A stretch of DNA of 64,000 bases from Neovahlkampfia damariscottae (lineage: Eukaryota): contig JABLTG010000001.1 in assembly GCA_016618085.1 (NCBI GenBank), positions 248,001 to 312,000 on the forward strand. Reading direction: 5' to 3'. Below, one piece after another: positions 12,457-25,126 of this stretch (position 1 is its first letter; each line of letters starts with the position of its first letter). Below the pieces are notes generated by a model. The model was not told the origin of the DNA. It did no database searches and saw only the letters and a program-made list of their open reading frames with translations. A program made the translations under genes and the position numbers.

Positions 12457-15400
12457 TTATTTTTGATTTTTAAATAAATTAAAACCTGGTTTGCCCAATG
12501 ATTTTCTTTTATCACCCATTGATTTTTCAGAGTTTTGTTTTGAATCATCATTTTTAATAAAATCTTGATTAAGATATCTAAAATTTAAGAGAATATAACC
12601 TCTTGCATCTCTTGGTCCTTTCATATTAATACCAGGAGCAGGTGAACCTGGACCCATTAAATAAAATTTATGATATTCACCATCTGGTAAAGGAACACAA
12701 TCTGTAAATTTTAAATTTATAAAACCCATTTTATCACGATCATTTAAGGCTACAAATTTACCACCATCATCATCCCAACAATGAACAACAATTCCTTTTT
12801 TTTCTTTTTTTTCTAAAGGAAGAATAATAGTATCATTCCAAATTGGATTTAATGTTTTATCACAAACTTTTGATTTATATTCAGGTGCTTTTTTTGGAGG
12901 TGGATCAGTTTCAACAGTTAAATAAGGATCTGAAACATTCTTTTCATCACAATCTAATAAATTCTTTCCTTCTTTTGCAATAATATGTAATTGATTTGGT
13001 TTTTCTTGTGATTGTACAGTTTGATAAATAGATTGTAAATCAGTACATCTTGAAATAACTTTCCAACCAGTTGGAGCACCTGAATCATCTAAAACTCTTA
13101 ATAAAGAAAAAACAATGAAAGGATTTGTTGAATTTGATTTTATAATAGTTGAACTAATTTTTTGTTGTCTTCTAATTGAATCTTCTTCTGGACCAGTTGC
13201 ATTAATTTCTCTAATTCTTGTTTCCCAATTTTCATCATCTTCAAGAGTTAATCTAAATTCAAATCTTGTATGTCTTGATTCTGTATCATAAATTTTAATT
13301 AAAATTTCATCTTCAAAATCATTTTGATCATTTTTTGATTTATCTAAATAAATACCAAAATTTAACATACGATATGGAAATTTATTATTCAAATCAAAAA
13401 TTGTAATTTGAGAGAAATCACCTTCACCTGGAATATAATTTTCATCTTTTATTAAAGAAGTTGAATCACCTTTTGCTCTTCTAACATACCAAGGAATATC
13501 ATCTTCTTTAAAATATTGAAATGTTGTTTTATAATCAGTTGGATAAAATTTTTGTGGATTTCTATTTTGAGTAATTTCATCCCAATTTATTGTTTTCTTT
13601 ATAAAATCATTTATATTTGTTGAATTTAAATTTGATTCTTTTAATTCTGTAAAATTATAATCATATCCAGTTAAATTTACATGAACTTTTGAACCTTCTG
13701 CAGATGAAACACCAATTGTAATTTTATTCATATCATCAAATTCTTTTTCAAAATATTCTTCTGAACCTAAAAGTGTAATAGGTTTTGGTCTTTTTGATAA
13801 TAAATTTTTATCTAAATATTCTCTCATTAAAGAGAACCATCTAACAGGTGCATTTTTTGAAGTACAAGCATATAATGGTAATATTACCCATTTACTTGAA
13901 TCTAATTCAGATCTTAATAATTGAAATGTTATAATTGAACAATGATCACCATCAGGTATTTCATCATCAAATAAAGATGTATCTAATTTCATTTGACAAA
14001 ATCTCTTATTTTTTATTAAATAACCTAAAGTTAAATCACATTCAGGTGAAAGTGTTGCAGTTAAAACACCAATAATTGCACTTGTATTATTAATATCATC
14101 TGATTTTAATAAATCTTTAAAATTTAATTCTTGATCTAAACAATCTTCTTTTTTTTGTTGAAATGTTAATTCTTGTGTATCAAGAAATTTAATAACATAT
14201 CCTTCTTTATCAAAAAATATTAAATGTAATTTATCAAAAAATTCTTTTTTATAATTATGATGAATTAATCTAATTCCAGTAAAATCTTTTATATTAAATG
14301 AATCTGATACTTTTCCTTCACTTAATTCAGTTGAACCATAAATATTCTTTTTTGGAATTAATCCATCAAAATAAATTTGATCTAAAGTATCAACATAACT
14401 ACTTGCATATGATGGTTTATCAATAACTTTTAACATCCATTTATCAAGATCATTTTTATAAATCATTAATGAAATTAATGCATTTTTATAATTTTTACCA
14501 AATTCAATATCACATATCTTTTCACCTGAAAATTCATCTCTAACAATAACTGAATTCTTTTTTAACCAAAGAAAATTATATTTTTCATTTTCATAAACTG
14601 TTAAAATAAAAACTAAATATCTAATAGAATGTCCATCTTTATCTTTTAAAAGTGATATATTCTTTGTATCAATAGTTGCTGTTGATTTACATCCCTCTTG
14701 TGTTGATCCTAAAATTGAAACTGATTTTCTTTCTTCTTGATCTTTTTCTAAATATAAATAATTATGTATATGTCCATGATCATTATAAAGAACACATGCT
14801 AAATCAATATCAAAATCAAATCCAATTGGTATTCCAATAAAATCTAATTTAATTGAACTTGATTTTAATTGAATTTCATGACTTCCTCTTAATTTAAATT
14901 TATCACAAATATATTGTTGTGCTTCTTTACATTCTTTAGCTGTAATCATTTTTCTAGATACTAATTCTGTATGTAATTTTTGAAGTCCTTCATGAATATA
15001 ATCCCAATTGAATTTACTATCAATTTTTGTAAATTGCCAAATATCTTCATTTTTTGTAAATACACCAAGTACCATTGAACTATGTGATCTATAGATTTTA
15101 AAATTATTATTTCTACTTTACCCTTTTATAATATTTTCAGCATAAGTTTGTTTATAAACTAATTTATCATTTCTACGTATAAAATTTGTGATTTCTACAC
15201 CAGGTTTTGAATAAGATCCATATCCAGTAGTTGAATTTAATAACACAAATAAAAATTTTGCTTCTTCTTGTAAGTCATCAAATTTAACATAAACTTCATG
15301 GTTAACAAATGTATCACTTGTTGTATCTTTGACACGTATAGCAGGTGTAGGTTCTGGTTTTTTTTTATCTTTTGATGGATCATAATCTTTCCAAACATAA

Positions 15401-15687
15401 CTTTCTGGTTGAGCACTTGACACAACATCCATTAGAAATCCTTCTTCATCAATGAGAAAGGCAAAAGGTTCAAATCTTAATTCAGCTGTAGAAAGTGATT
15501 CTGTGTTTTTGGTTCTGATGTAGAACCTCATTTTTGAATCAAAATCCATTACAACGTTTTCATCAGTCAAGTCAACATCAGGAAGTATAGCCTCTGTTGA
15601 ATCATTACTGAACATACTGTATCCAGGACTAACAGTCTCACTGAACATAGGACTTTTATTATTTTCTTTGGGACTTTTGTTGCTCAT
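12457..15687 (-). CDS. TerD-like repeat protein with a C-terminal C2 domain
   Basis: ORFs joined by an intron at ~15089-15121; DIDLACVLY...IRYLVFILTVY is TerD-like; C2 motifs EGKNLLDCD..SDPY...KTLNPIWN...WDDD...DKMG. Confidence 0.65.
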
Positions 15688-15731
15688 CTTTTTTAACTAA
15701 CTAAATCTCGTTTTTTATTGGATAAAATTTT

Positions 15732-16559
15732 TTATTCTTCATAAATCATTTTTTTTGTCATTCCTCCATCAATTACAAAATTTTGTCCTGTGATAAAACC
15801 ATTTTGATTTAATAAAAAATAACACATTTCAGCAATATCTTGAGGTACTCCAATTCTTCCAGCTGGATGTTGTTTATGATCTTCTTTTGAATATTCTTCC
15901 ACTGTTTCTTTATTTTGATAAGCACTAGTATCAATCCATCCAGGACTAATACAATTTACTTTCACCTATATAATTATTAAATTATCTTTTTCTTTACTTG
16001 TTCTCCTAAGGAAATGGCCATAGAATGAGTCAAAGAAACAACACCACCTTTTGTAGCAGAATAACCTTCTGTATTTTTTTCAGACATTAAAGCTCTAGTT
16101 GAAGCAATATTAATAATTGACGAATTATTTTCTTTTTTTAAATGAGGTATTGAATATTTTGAGCATAAAAATATTGATGTTAAATTTACATTCATAAATT
16201 TATTCCATTCTTCCAAAGATATATTTTCTAAATTGTTTGATAAATATGGATTACTTATTGCTGCGTTATTGATTAAAGAATTAATAGTTTTGAAGGTTGA
16301 AATTGTTTCTTTAATTAAATTTGAAACACTTTCTTCATTTGAAACATCTGTTTTTATGAATTTAAAATTTGAATTTGATTTAAATTCATTTTCTAAAATT
16401 TTACCCGCTTCTTCATCAATATCTGCTGCAACAACTTGATAATTTTTTGAAATTAAGTATTGAACTATACATTTTCCTAATCCTTTTGCACCACCTAAAC
16501 ATTGGAAATTTAAACAGTTGATCAATTTCCTGACCTGTGATAATTGTAACTGGTTTCAT
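15732..16559 (-). CDS. Short-chain dehydrogenase/reductase (classical SDR)
   Basis: ITG|GAKGLG, NNAA, YSATK catalytic motif, VNCISPGWI, FITGQNFVIDGG; two short introns. Confidence 0.9.
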
Positions 16560-16614
16560 TTGATTGGAGTTTTATTCACCAATTAAAATCAAACAAAATA
16601 AAACGGTTAAATCT
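16560..16614. promoter_or_regulatory. 55-bp bidirectional promoter with two oppositely oriented CCAAT boxes
   Basis: Lies between divergent ATGs 16559(-) and 16615(+); GATTGG at ~16562 and CCAAT at ~16579. Confidence 0.65.
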
Positions 16615-19184
16615 ATGCAAGAAACTCCAAAGTCAGGTGAAGAATTTAAAATACAAAAACATTTAAACACTGAAGATAATATCACAACAGTACTTGGAAT
16701 TCATAATAATTCAACTGATAACGTTGTTAGAAAAACACTTCAATTTCCAAATGATTCTGTTTTAATGAGTTGTATTGAAAAGGTTCAATAATATTTAATA
16801 CTAAAAAAAAAAAAGTTGAAAATATTATTTCAATTAAAAAACAAAAACTTTGCTAAATTTGAAGTTTTATTTTTTTTTTGTTAACATTTTTTTTTAGTCA
16901 TGTAATATAGATAGAGAGTCATCAACCATTACAATTGAAACAGAATATATTGTATTAGATAATGTTGAAGATTTTATTCAATCAACTTTAACCAATCCAT
17001 ATTATAAAATTATACCTGAAAAAGTAATAATTAATTGGTTAACAGAAATGTGTAAAATATTATCAGTTTTACATCAACATGAAATATATCCACAAAATAT
17101 GATACATGAAAAGAATATATTTATGAATCAAAAAATAATTAAAGTTACAGATTTTGGATTAAATATAATCACTAATATTTGTAGAAATGAAAAGACTAAA
17201 ATACTAATGACTAAAAGATCATCAATAAATTCTAAACAAAATTCTAAATTTAAAAAGATAAAATATGATGTTAAAAAGATTGGTTTTTTAGTTTTAAAAT
17301 TAATGACATGTGCAAAGAGTAATAGATTAAATGTTAAAAATATTGATTCATTTGATGATTTTCCACAAGCAGAAGAATTATTAAAAAGATTACCAAAAGT
17401 GTATGGTAAAGATTTAAAGGAATTAATTGAAAAAATGATATCCAATAAAATTGAAGATATACCTTATCCAGAAGATATAATTCAAATTAAATGGAATAGA
17501 AATGTAAGATAATAATAAATTAATCAAATAAGTTAAATTCAAAATTTGATTTAGAAAATAATCCAACAATGATAGTTTCAAAATCAATATTTTCAAAATA
17601 TAAAACTATTCAATCTGCAATTAAAAAATCAAAAATTAATGATGTAAGAAAGAATAAAATAAATTAATATTTTTTAAGATAATTTTAGTTGAAGAAGGAA
17701 TTTATATTGAAAATATTATTATTGATAAAAATATATATTTAGTATCAAAAGGAAATACTATTATTGAAGGTAGTATTTATTTTAAAAATGAAGGGATTAA
17801 ATTATCTGGATTTACTATTAGAAATAAAAAAGATAAAGAAACAATTAAAATTGAAAATTCAATGGTTCAAATATCAAATTGTGAAATTACATCCAAAAAT
17901 GGAAATGGTATTTTATTAAGAGGAAATGAAACTGATTCAATTATAAAGAATAATCATATTCATTCTTGTTTTGAAAATGGTATTCAAATTTCAATGAATT
18001 CAAAATGTGTTATTTTTAAAAATGATATTTATGATAATCAAAAAAATGGTATTGAAATTTGGAATAATGATTCAAATGGTTCAATAAAACAAAATAAAAT
18101 ATATTCAAATGGTCAAAATGGTATTATTGGTCATTCAGGTGGTGGATCAAAAGGAAAAATAAAATCAAATGATATATTTCAAAATGGAAAACATGGTATA
18201 TTAATAAATGGAATTATTGATCAACAAGGTACTTTTTTTATTTAACTTTAATCTATTTATAGAATTTGAAACGAAAAATGAATCAAATTTAAATATAAGA
18301 GAGAATTATATTAGAAATAATATGTATTCTGGTATATCATTAAAGAATATATTAGGTGGTAGAATATATCATAATTTAATATTTGAAAATGAAAAACAAG
18401 GAATAATATTAAACCAATCAACTAGTTCAATTGATGAAAATCATATTCATTCAAATAAGTTAGGTGGATTATATATTGAAGAATATTCAAAGAATATAAT
18501 ATCAGATAATCAAATTTATTATAATAATAATAATGGATTTGTTATTACAAATTATTCAATTCCAATTTTATATAATAATATTATTCATTCCAATATTGGA
18601 TGTGGTATTTTTATTTTAAATCATGGAAGTGGAAATATTCAAAAGAATAATATTTATTCAAATCAAAATCAAGGAATAGTTATTGAATCATCAAATAAAT
18701 CATTAATTAAAGATAATACTTTATCAGATATAAAGACAACAGGTATTTTAGTTTTAAAAGGTGGTTATTGTGATATTGTGAAAAATAAAATTGATAATTG
18801 TGGTAAAAATGGTATTGAAATTAGAAATGAAAATTCAGAAGTTAATTTTATTGAAAATTTAATTTCAAATTGTGGTACGATTCATTTTGATAAATATATT
18901 TATCATTCATTCTAGGTGGATGTGGTATAAATGTTTATGATTATGCAGAATGTACATTAAAGAAAAATGAAATTTTTAAAAGTAATTTTGATAATCTTCA
19001 AATTTGGAATCATGGTAGATGTAAATTAATAAGTGATAATCAATTACATCATTCTAGAGGAAAGGGTATCAATGTATTTGATGGTGGTATATTACAAGCT
19101 GATTTAGCTAAAAATAGATCATGGGGAAATGGTGAAGAAGATAAAATTATAGATAATGGTGGTACTTTTATAATGCATTTTTAA
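16615..19184 (+). CDS. Pseudokinase-like N-terminus + right-handed beta-helix (PbH1/NosD-like) repeats
   Basis: NEK-like kinase remnants (WLTEMCKILSVLH, KVTDFGL), then YKTIQSAI...EEGIYIENI and many N-x-I-x-x-N-x-x-x-G-I repeats; several short introns. Confidence 0.65.
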
Positions 19185-19187
19185 TAT

Positions 19188-21198
19188 TTATTCAAATATA
19201 TTTGAATCAATAAATTTATACTCTTCATCTTTTTCAAAAAAATGAATAACTAAAAAGTAACTTTGATTTTCTTTTAATTTTCCTGTTATTCCACATTCTT
19301 TTCCATTTTTATAAAATGAACAAATTTTATCTCTATAATTTACCATTATACCAATTTTATCACCTTCTTGAAATATAACATCATTTCCAATTAAATTATT
19401 TTTATATTTTGATTGTAAATGTAATGTAATATTATTTTTTGATGATTTTTGTTTTAAATTCTTTGTAATTCCAATAAATGTTTCAATTCCTCCTTTTGGT
19501 AATTTGATTATTTCAATTTCTATAAAACTTCTTGGTTGAAGAAATGGTTTTTCACAAAACACTTTAAATTAAACAAAAATAAAAATATGATTACTTCTAT
19601 CAAATGATGAATTCAATTTCTTTGCATTTAATCCATCTTTACTAATTTCAATTCCATTATTGGATCCAGAATAACCAATCCAACTCAATGATTTACTTGA
19701 AAATATTTTTTTTCTTTTTTTTAAATTTTATTTTCTTTCGCTTACTTTTCAAAAGATTCACCTTTTATTGATGACAATAATCTTGAATCATTAAACTCTG
19801 TTGCAATTTCTAATATTTTTTCGTTTTTTAATAAAGATTCATTTCTACAATAAATCCATTCTAAATATATTTGAATTGATTTTGAATCTAAATTGACTAT
19901 TAAATCCTTATGTTTTGAAAATTCTTGATTGAAATAAGATGAGTCTGCCATTAATAATAGTTTATGAACAAGAAATTCATCTCCTTCTTTTGAAATTAAT
20001 TTACCATCACTGTATTTTTTATCATTTTTTGGATAAAAACTTTTTAAATAAAACTCTAAACTATCACTTTCAATTCTATTTTTGAACGATGAACTATTTG
20101 ATTGGTTTAAATCAATCATTTCATCATCTAAATCTGGTAAACATATTAATTCCATCTTTAAATCATCATCTAATTTATTAAATTTCTTAAAAATAATTTC
20201 ATTTTCAAATTGTTTATTTTCAATATTTTGAAAATAATTCAAACACATTTTTTTTATAGAATTTTCTTGATCAAATCTTATTTTTTTTTCTTCCCTTATT
20301 GAATTTTCAATGGAAGATAAAAGATCTAAAACATATTCTTTTGTTAAATAGTTTTGTAATTTATTTGAAATAGATTCTTCAATATAAATATTTGAACATT
20401 TTGAAATGAATAATGACATATCAATTATATCTTCAACTTGACATAATTCAAAATACTTTTTAAGAAATGATGCATCTTCTATTTGTTCAAATGAAAAATT
20501 TGAATAAAGTAAATTTAAAATAGTATCAAATGCAGTATCTGATAATTTAGAAATATATATTCTTTCTTTATTTTCAATATTTAAACCTAAATGATTTAAT
20601 AATAATTTATGTAATTTATAATTCTTTTTTGAATCTAATTCTACTTCAATATCTGATGTTCTTGAATCATTAATATATTGACATAAATTAAATGTTTTAG
20701 TTGAAGGTAGGTATTCAAATTTGGTTTTTTTACCAGTTAATTTAATAGCATCAATTTCATACCAACTTTTACTTCCTGTTTGATCAATTTCTAATCTAAA
20801 TTTATTTGTTTTGAAATCCACTTTTTTTAGTTTTGGTGAAAATATTCTTGACTCTTCTTTTAAACATCTATCAGGTTTACTTTCCCAAAGTATTGTCCAT
20901 TTTCCTTTTTTAAAATTTAGACTTTACTATTACTTTTACCTTTTGGATTCTTTGCTTTAATTTTAACCAAACTTCCTGGGTTAAAGGTTTCATATATTTC
21001 CATTTTAATTGGATAAACACTTTTTGAGTACTCAATTTCAAGGAACTCTTTTGAGTTGGTTGCTTTCTTTGGTGCCCATGCTGTTTTTTGATCTCCATAG
21101 CTAGGATATGTATTGGATATTCCTATTATATTAGATACAGACCAACTGTTTGAATACTGACTCGAAAAAGAATTTACTTTGCTTACCCATTGTTCCAT
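19188..21198 (-). CDS. FBXL4-N-like jelly-roll domain + two BTB-like domains + SPRY domain protein
   Basis: QWVSKVNSFSSQY...TYPSYGD..TAWAP...IYETFNPG...EIDAIKLTG; SDIEV..YKLHK and FLVHKLLLMADSSYF; GDKIGIMVN..SFYKNG. The ORFs splice into one frame through short introns. Confidence 0.65.
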
Positions 21199-21390
21199 CT
21201 GTTCACTGAGAACTTCAAATCGTAAGATGAAAACTGCAACATGATTGGATAATTTATTGAATCTTCATATTCTCTTTTTCTTATTTTTTGAATAAAATAA
21301 TTGAAAAGAAAGATTCATTTTTAAATTGAACCTCTAACTAAAAAATTCGACCAATTATTTGCTTGTTTATTTTTGGTTGTTTTTTTGAGG

Positions 21391-22743
21391 ATGAGGCTGA
21401 TAAAGAAAGACATAGAAAAAGACGGAGCAGGATATCTTAAAGTTATACCTGAACATGTTGAGGATTTTTGGCATCTTTATAATATAATATCAGAAAATGA
21501 TGGAGTTCGTTGTTCCACTGTTCGGTAAGTTTTTTGAAAACCTAAAAACAATCAGAAAAATTGAAAAATCTACTGGAGCGGGAAAAACTACAGAAAAAAG
21601 AAGATTTTATTTAACTATTGCTGTAAAAAATATTGATTTTGACCTTGATGCCTGTTCAATGAGAATTTCAGGAAAGAACATTGCAGAAAACGATTTTGTC
21701 AAAATAGGACAGTTCCATACTATGGATATTGAATTAAATAGAGAAATTTCAATATCTAAAAAGTATTGGGATGCTATTCATATCAAACGTATTGAAGATG
21801 CAACTGGTAAAAAGTTCAATTTACTAACCATTCTCTAAGATATTTCAAAATCTTCAGATGTTGTTGCTATTATTATGGAAGAAGGATTGGCTTATTTATG
21901 TTTAATTTCTGAGCACATGACTTTTACAAAACAAAAAATTGAAGTTTCTGTACCAAAAAAAAGATATACGTCAACTGCTCATGATAAGGTATAGTCATTA
22001 TTCTTAAAATTTCTTAAAAAAAAAAAAAGGGTGTTTCTAAATTTTTTGACACAATATTAAATTCAATAATGAAGAATGTAGATTTTGATGTTGTAAAATG
22101 TATTGTTATTGCTTCACCTGGATTTTATAATCAACAATTTCTTGAATATGTTTATAAAACTGCAAGTCAAAAAGATGAGTATAGAGAAATATTATCACAT
22201 AAATCAAAGTTTTTACTTGTTCATTCAAATTCTGGTCATAGAGAAGCACTAACAGAAGTATTATCAGATCCTTCAATCATTTCAAAACTTGAAAATACCA
22301 AAGCATTTTCAGAAGTCAAAGCCTTAGAAGAATTTTATAATACTATGAAAATATCACCAGAGAAAGCATTTTATGGATATGATCATGTTAATTTCGCGAA
22401 TCAACAAAATGCAATTCAAACTTTAATGATAACAGATGAACTTTTTAGATCATCAAAAATCAAAGAAAGAAAAAAATATGTACAACTTGTTGAATCAGTA
22501 CAAGAATCAGGAGGTCAAGTTTTAGTTTTTAGTTCAGCACATATTTCAGGTCAACAATTAAAAAAATTATCTGGAATTGCGGCTACTTTGAGATTTCAAG
22601 TTATTTTAGAAGAAGAAGAAGATGATACAACATCATCAGATTCTTCAGATGATGAAAATGAAAAAATTGTTTTTCAAAAAGATAATCAAGAAGAAGAAGA
22701 AGAAGAAGAAGAAATTGATTATAATTTTGATGAATTTAATTAA
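21391..22743 (+). CDS. PELO: Protein pelota (Dom34), ribosome rescue factor
   Basis: MRLIKKDIEKDGAG..PE..EDFWHLYN, IGQFHTMDIE, IASPGF, AFYG, TDELFRS, FSSAHISGQQL..LSGIAATLRF; three introns. Confidence 0.93.
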
Positions 22744-22755
22744 AATGGAATAAAT

Positions 22756-23967
22756 TTATTCTAATTTTTTACACTCATCATTTTCTAAATTATTATTTGT
22801 AATTTGTTCATTTTCAATTTTTGTATCATCAATTTTAATATTAGGTATTTCAATGAATGAATTTTCATCTGAATTTAAATTCCAATCATCTTTTTCAACT
22901 TGAATTGTTAAATGTGATAATAAAGGTGAAAATATTTTATGAACTTGAGATAAAACTAATTGTTCATCTGCATTCTTTGTAACTCTAACCTAAATAAAGA
23001 ATGAATTTGATTCAAAATGATTACTTTTAATGTACCAACAATTTGACTTAAACTTTTACCAATTGACCAAAAGTGTTCTTTATGACATTCTAATACACCT
23101 TCAACAGATGATGCTTCTCTTAAACAATTTGAAAGAGCTGCCTTTATTGAACGTGGTGATGTTTGTAATAATATCATTGAATATGCAGATAAATCATTAA
23201 TTGATAAAATGACCAATAAGATTGAAGTCAACATGGTAATAAAATTATCAATTGTATCACCAAATCTAATTTTAATATTTTAATAAAAATTATTCTTACA
23301 AAGATGATAAAATGATTGAAAATAAAATTGAAATTTGAGTTAAACAATCTCTAAAAAGATCAAGAAATAATTTTTGATTTTGAACATTTTTTGAAATATT
23401 ATTCAATAAATTGAAATCAAAATTTGATTTTAATTTAAAAAAATAAAAAGCAAATACAATGAATGTAATATTTAAAAATGGAATTAACCATAAACTATTT
23501 AAATTTAAAGAATGTGGTTCAAGTAAATGATGAAATGATTCAACAATCATTGAAAATGAAATGAACCATAAAAATATAATATTTGAAAATCTAAATAATA
23601 TTTCAATTCTTTCAAGTCCATATGAAAATGTATCAAATGATATTTTAATAGATTTTGAAGTTGTTAAAAATATTTGAACACCAGAAATTAAATGAGAAAA
23701 TGAAATTTGAATTAAATGTAATCCACCAAATATAATAATTAAACTATGTGAATATATTGTACCAAATATTATTATTTGTATAATTCCAATAATAAATAAA
23801 CTAATGGAAAATAATATAAAATTTTTAGTTCTTCCTTCACTTAATATTAATTTAATATAATTTTGTATTTCATTGAATATAGTTTGGATTTTAATGGTTA
23901 TTGTATTTGGTTTGTCAATTAATAGTGTAGTTTCATCTTTCAATGATGATGTCTTAGTTGTTTCCAT
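22756..23967 (-). CDS. Cation diffusion facilitator (ZnT6/MTP5-like) zinc transporter
   Basis: FSYGLERIEIL..F, ESFHHLLEP, ILLQTSP, EGVLECHKEHFW, HLTIQVEKDDW; two introns. Confidence 0.8.
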
Positions 23968-24075
23968 CAAAAAATAAATATTATTGGTTCAAATTATAAA
24001 GAAAATTATTTTACTTTTCAGAAATTATTTTTATCTAAAAAAATAAAAAAATACTAGCTGATTGATGATTGGTTG

Positions 24076-25076
24076 ATGAAGAAATTTTTGTTTTCTTCTT
24101 TCCTACTGGCAACATCTGGAGTTATATATAATCATTATCAATACCAAAATAATAATGATGGTAATTGTATTATTCTTTTTAATAGTTTTTGAAGAAAAAG
24201 AAATTGAAAAATTTTATAAAAATAAAACTATTCTAATCACTGGAGCATCAATGGGATTAGGTGAAGGATTTGCATATAAATTATCTAAATATAATACAAA
24301 TTTAGTATTATGTGCTAGGTCGACTGATAAATTGTTAGAAGTTGCAGAAAACTGTAAGAAAGATTCTTTATTTATTTTAAGGTATGAAAAAAGGAGCAAA
24401 AAACACTTTGGTCATTACTTGTGATGTTACTATTGAAAATGATTGTAAAAGAGTAGTGGAAGAAGCAAAAAAGACATTTCAAAAAATAGGTAACTTTTGA
24501 ATAACTACCACTAATTCACTTTTTTTAGACATTTTAATTTTAAATGCAGGAATTAGTGGTAGTGTTCCATTTTATCAAATTGAAGACTTATCCATTTATG
24601 AAAAGATGATGAAAGTAAATTTTATGGGATATGTAAATATGACACATTTCTCATTACCAGAAATAAAGAAAAGTGATGGTAGAATTTTGGTAATATCATC
24701 AATGTCTGGAAAGTTAGGTATACCACTTAGAACAGCATATTGTTCTTCAAAATTTGCGGTCAATGGATTCTTTGAAGTGTTAAGAAATGAACTATTTATT
24801 GAAAATCCAAAAGTAAAAATTACAATTGGAGTTCCAGGATGGATAGATACTGATATGAGAAAAAGACATTTAAATGAAACTCAAAAATCATATGATAAAA
24901 ATAGAATGATTAGTATTGATGAATGTGTAAATCAATCATTATACGCTTTAAAAATTGGAAAAAGGGAAGAGAGATACATTGGAATTACTAGTTATTTACC
25001 ATTTTTATCTACATTTACACCAGAACTTGTCGATAAAGCATTGAGATATACTGTTTATAAAAAATCAAAATTATAA
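24076..25076 (+). CDS. SDR, DHRS7/11-beta-HSD-like
   Basis: ITGASMGLG, LNAGIS, YCSSK catalytic motif; N-terminal anchor; three introns. Confidence 0.85.
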
Positions 25077-25126
25077 AATTTTGTGTATTAAGTGAGTAGA
25101 TCTACATGTAAATTACTTTATTGGAT

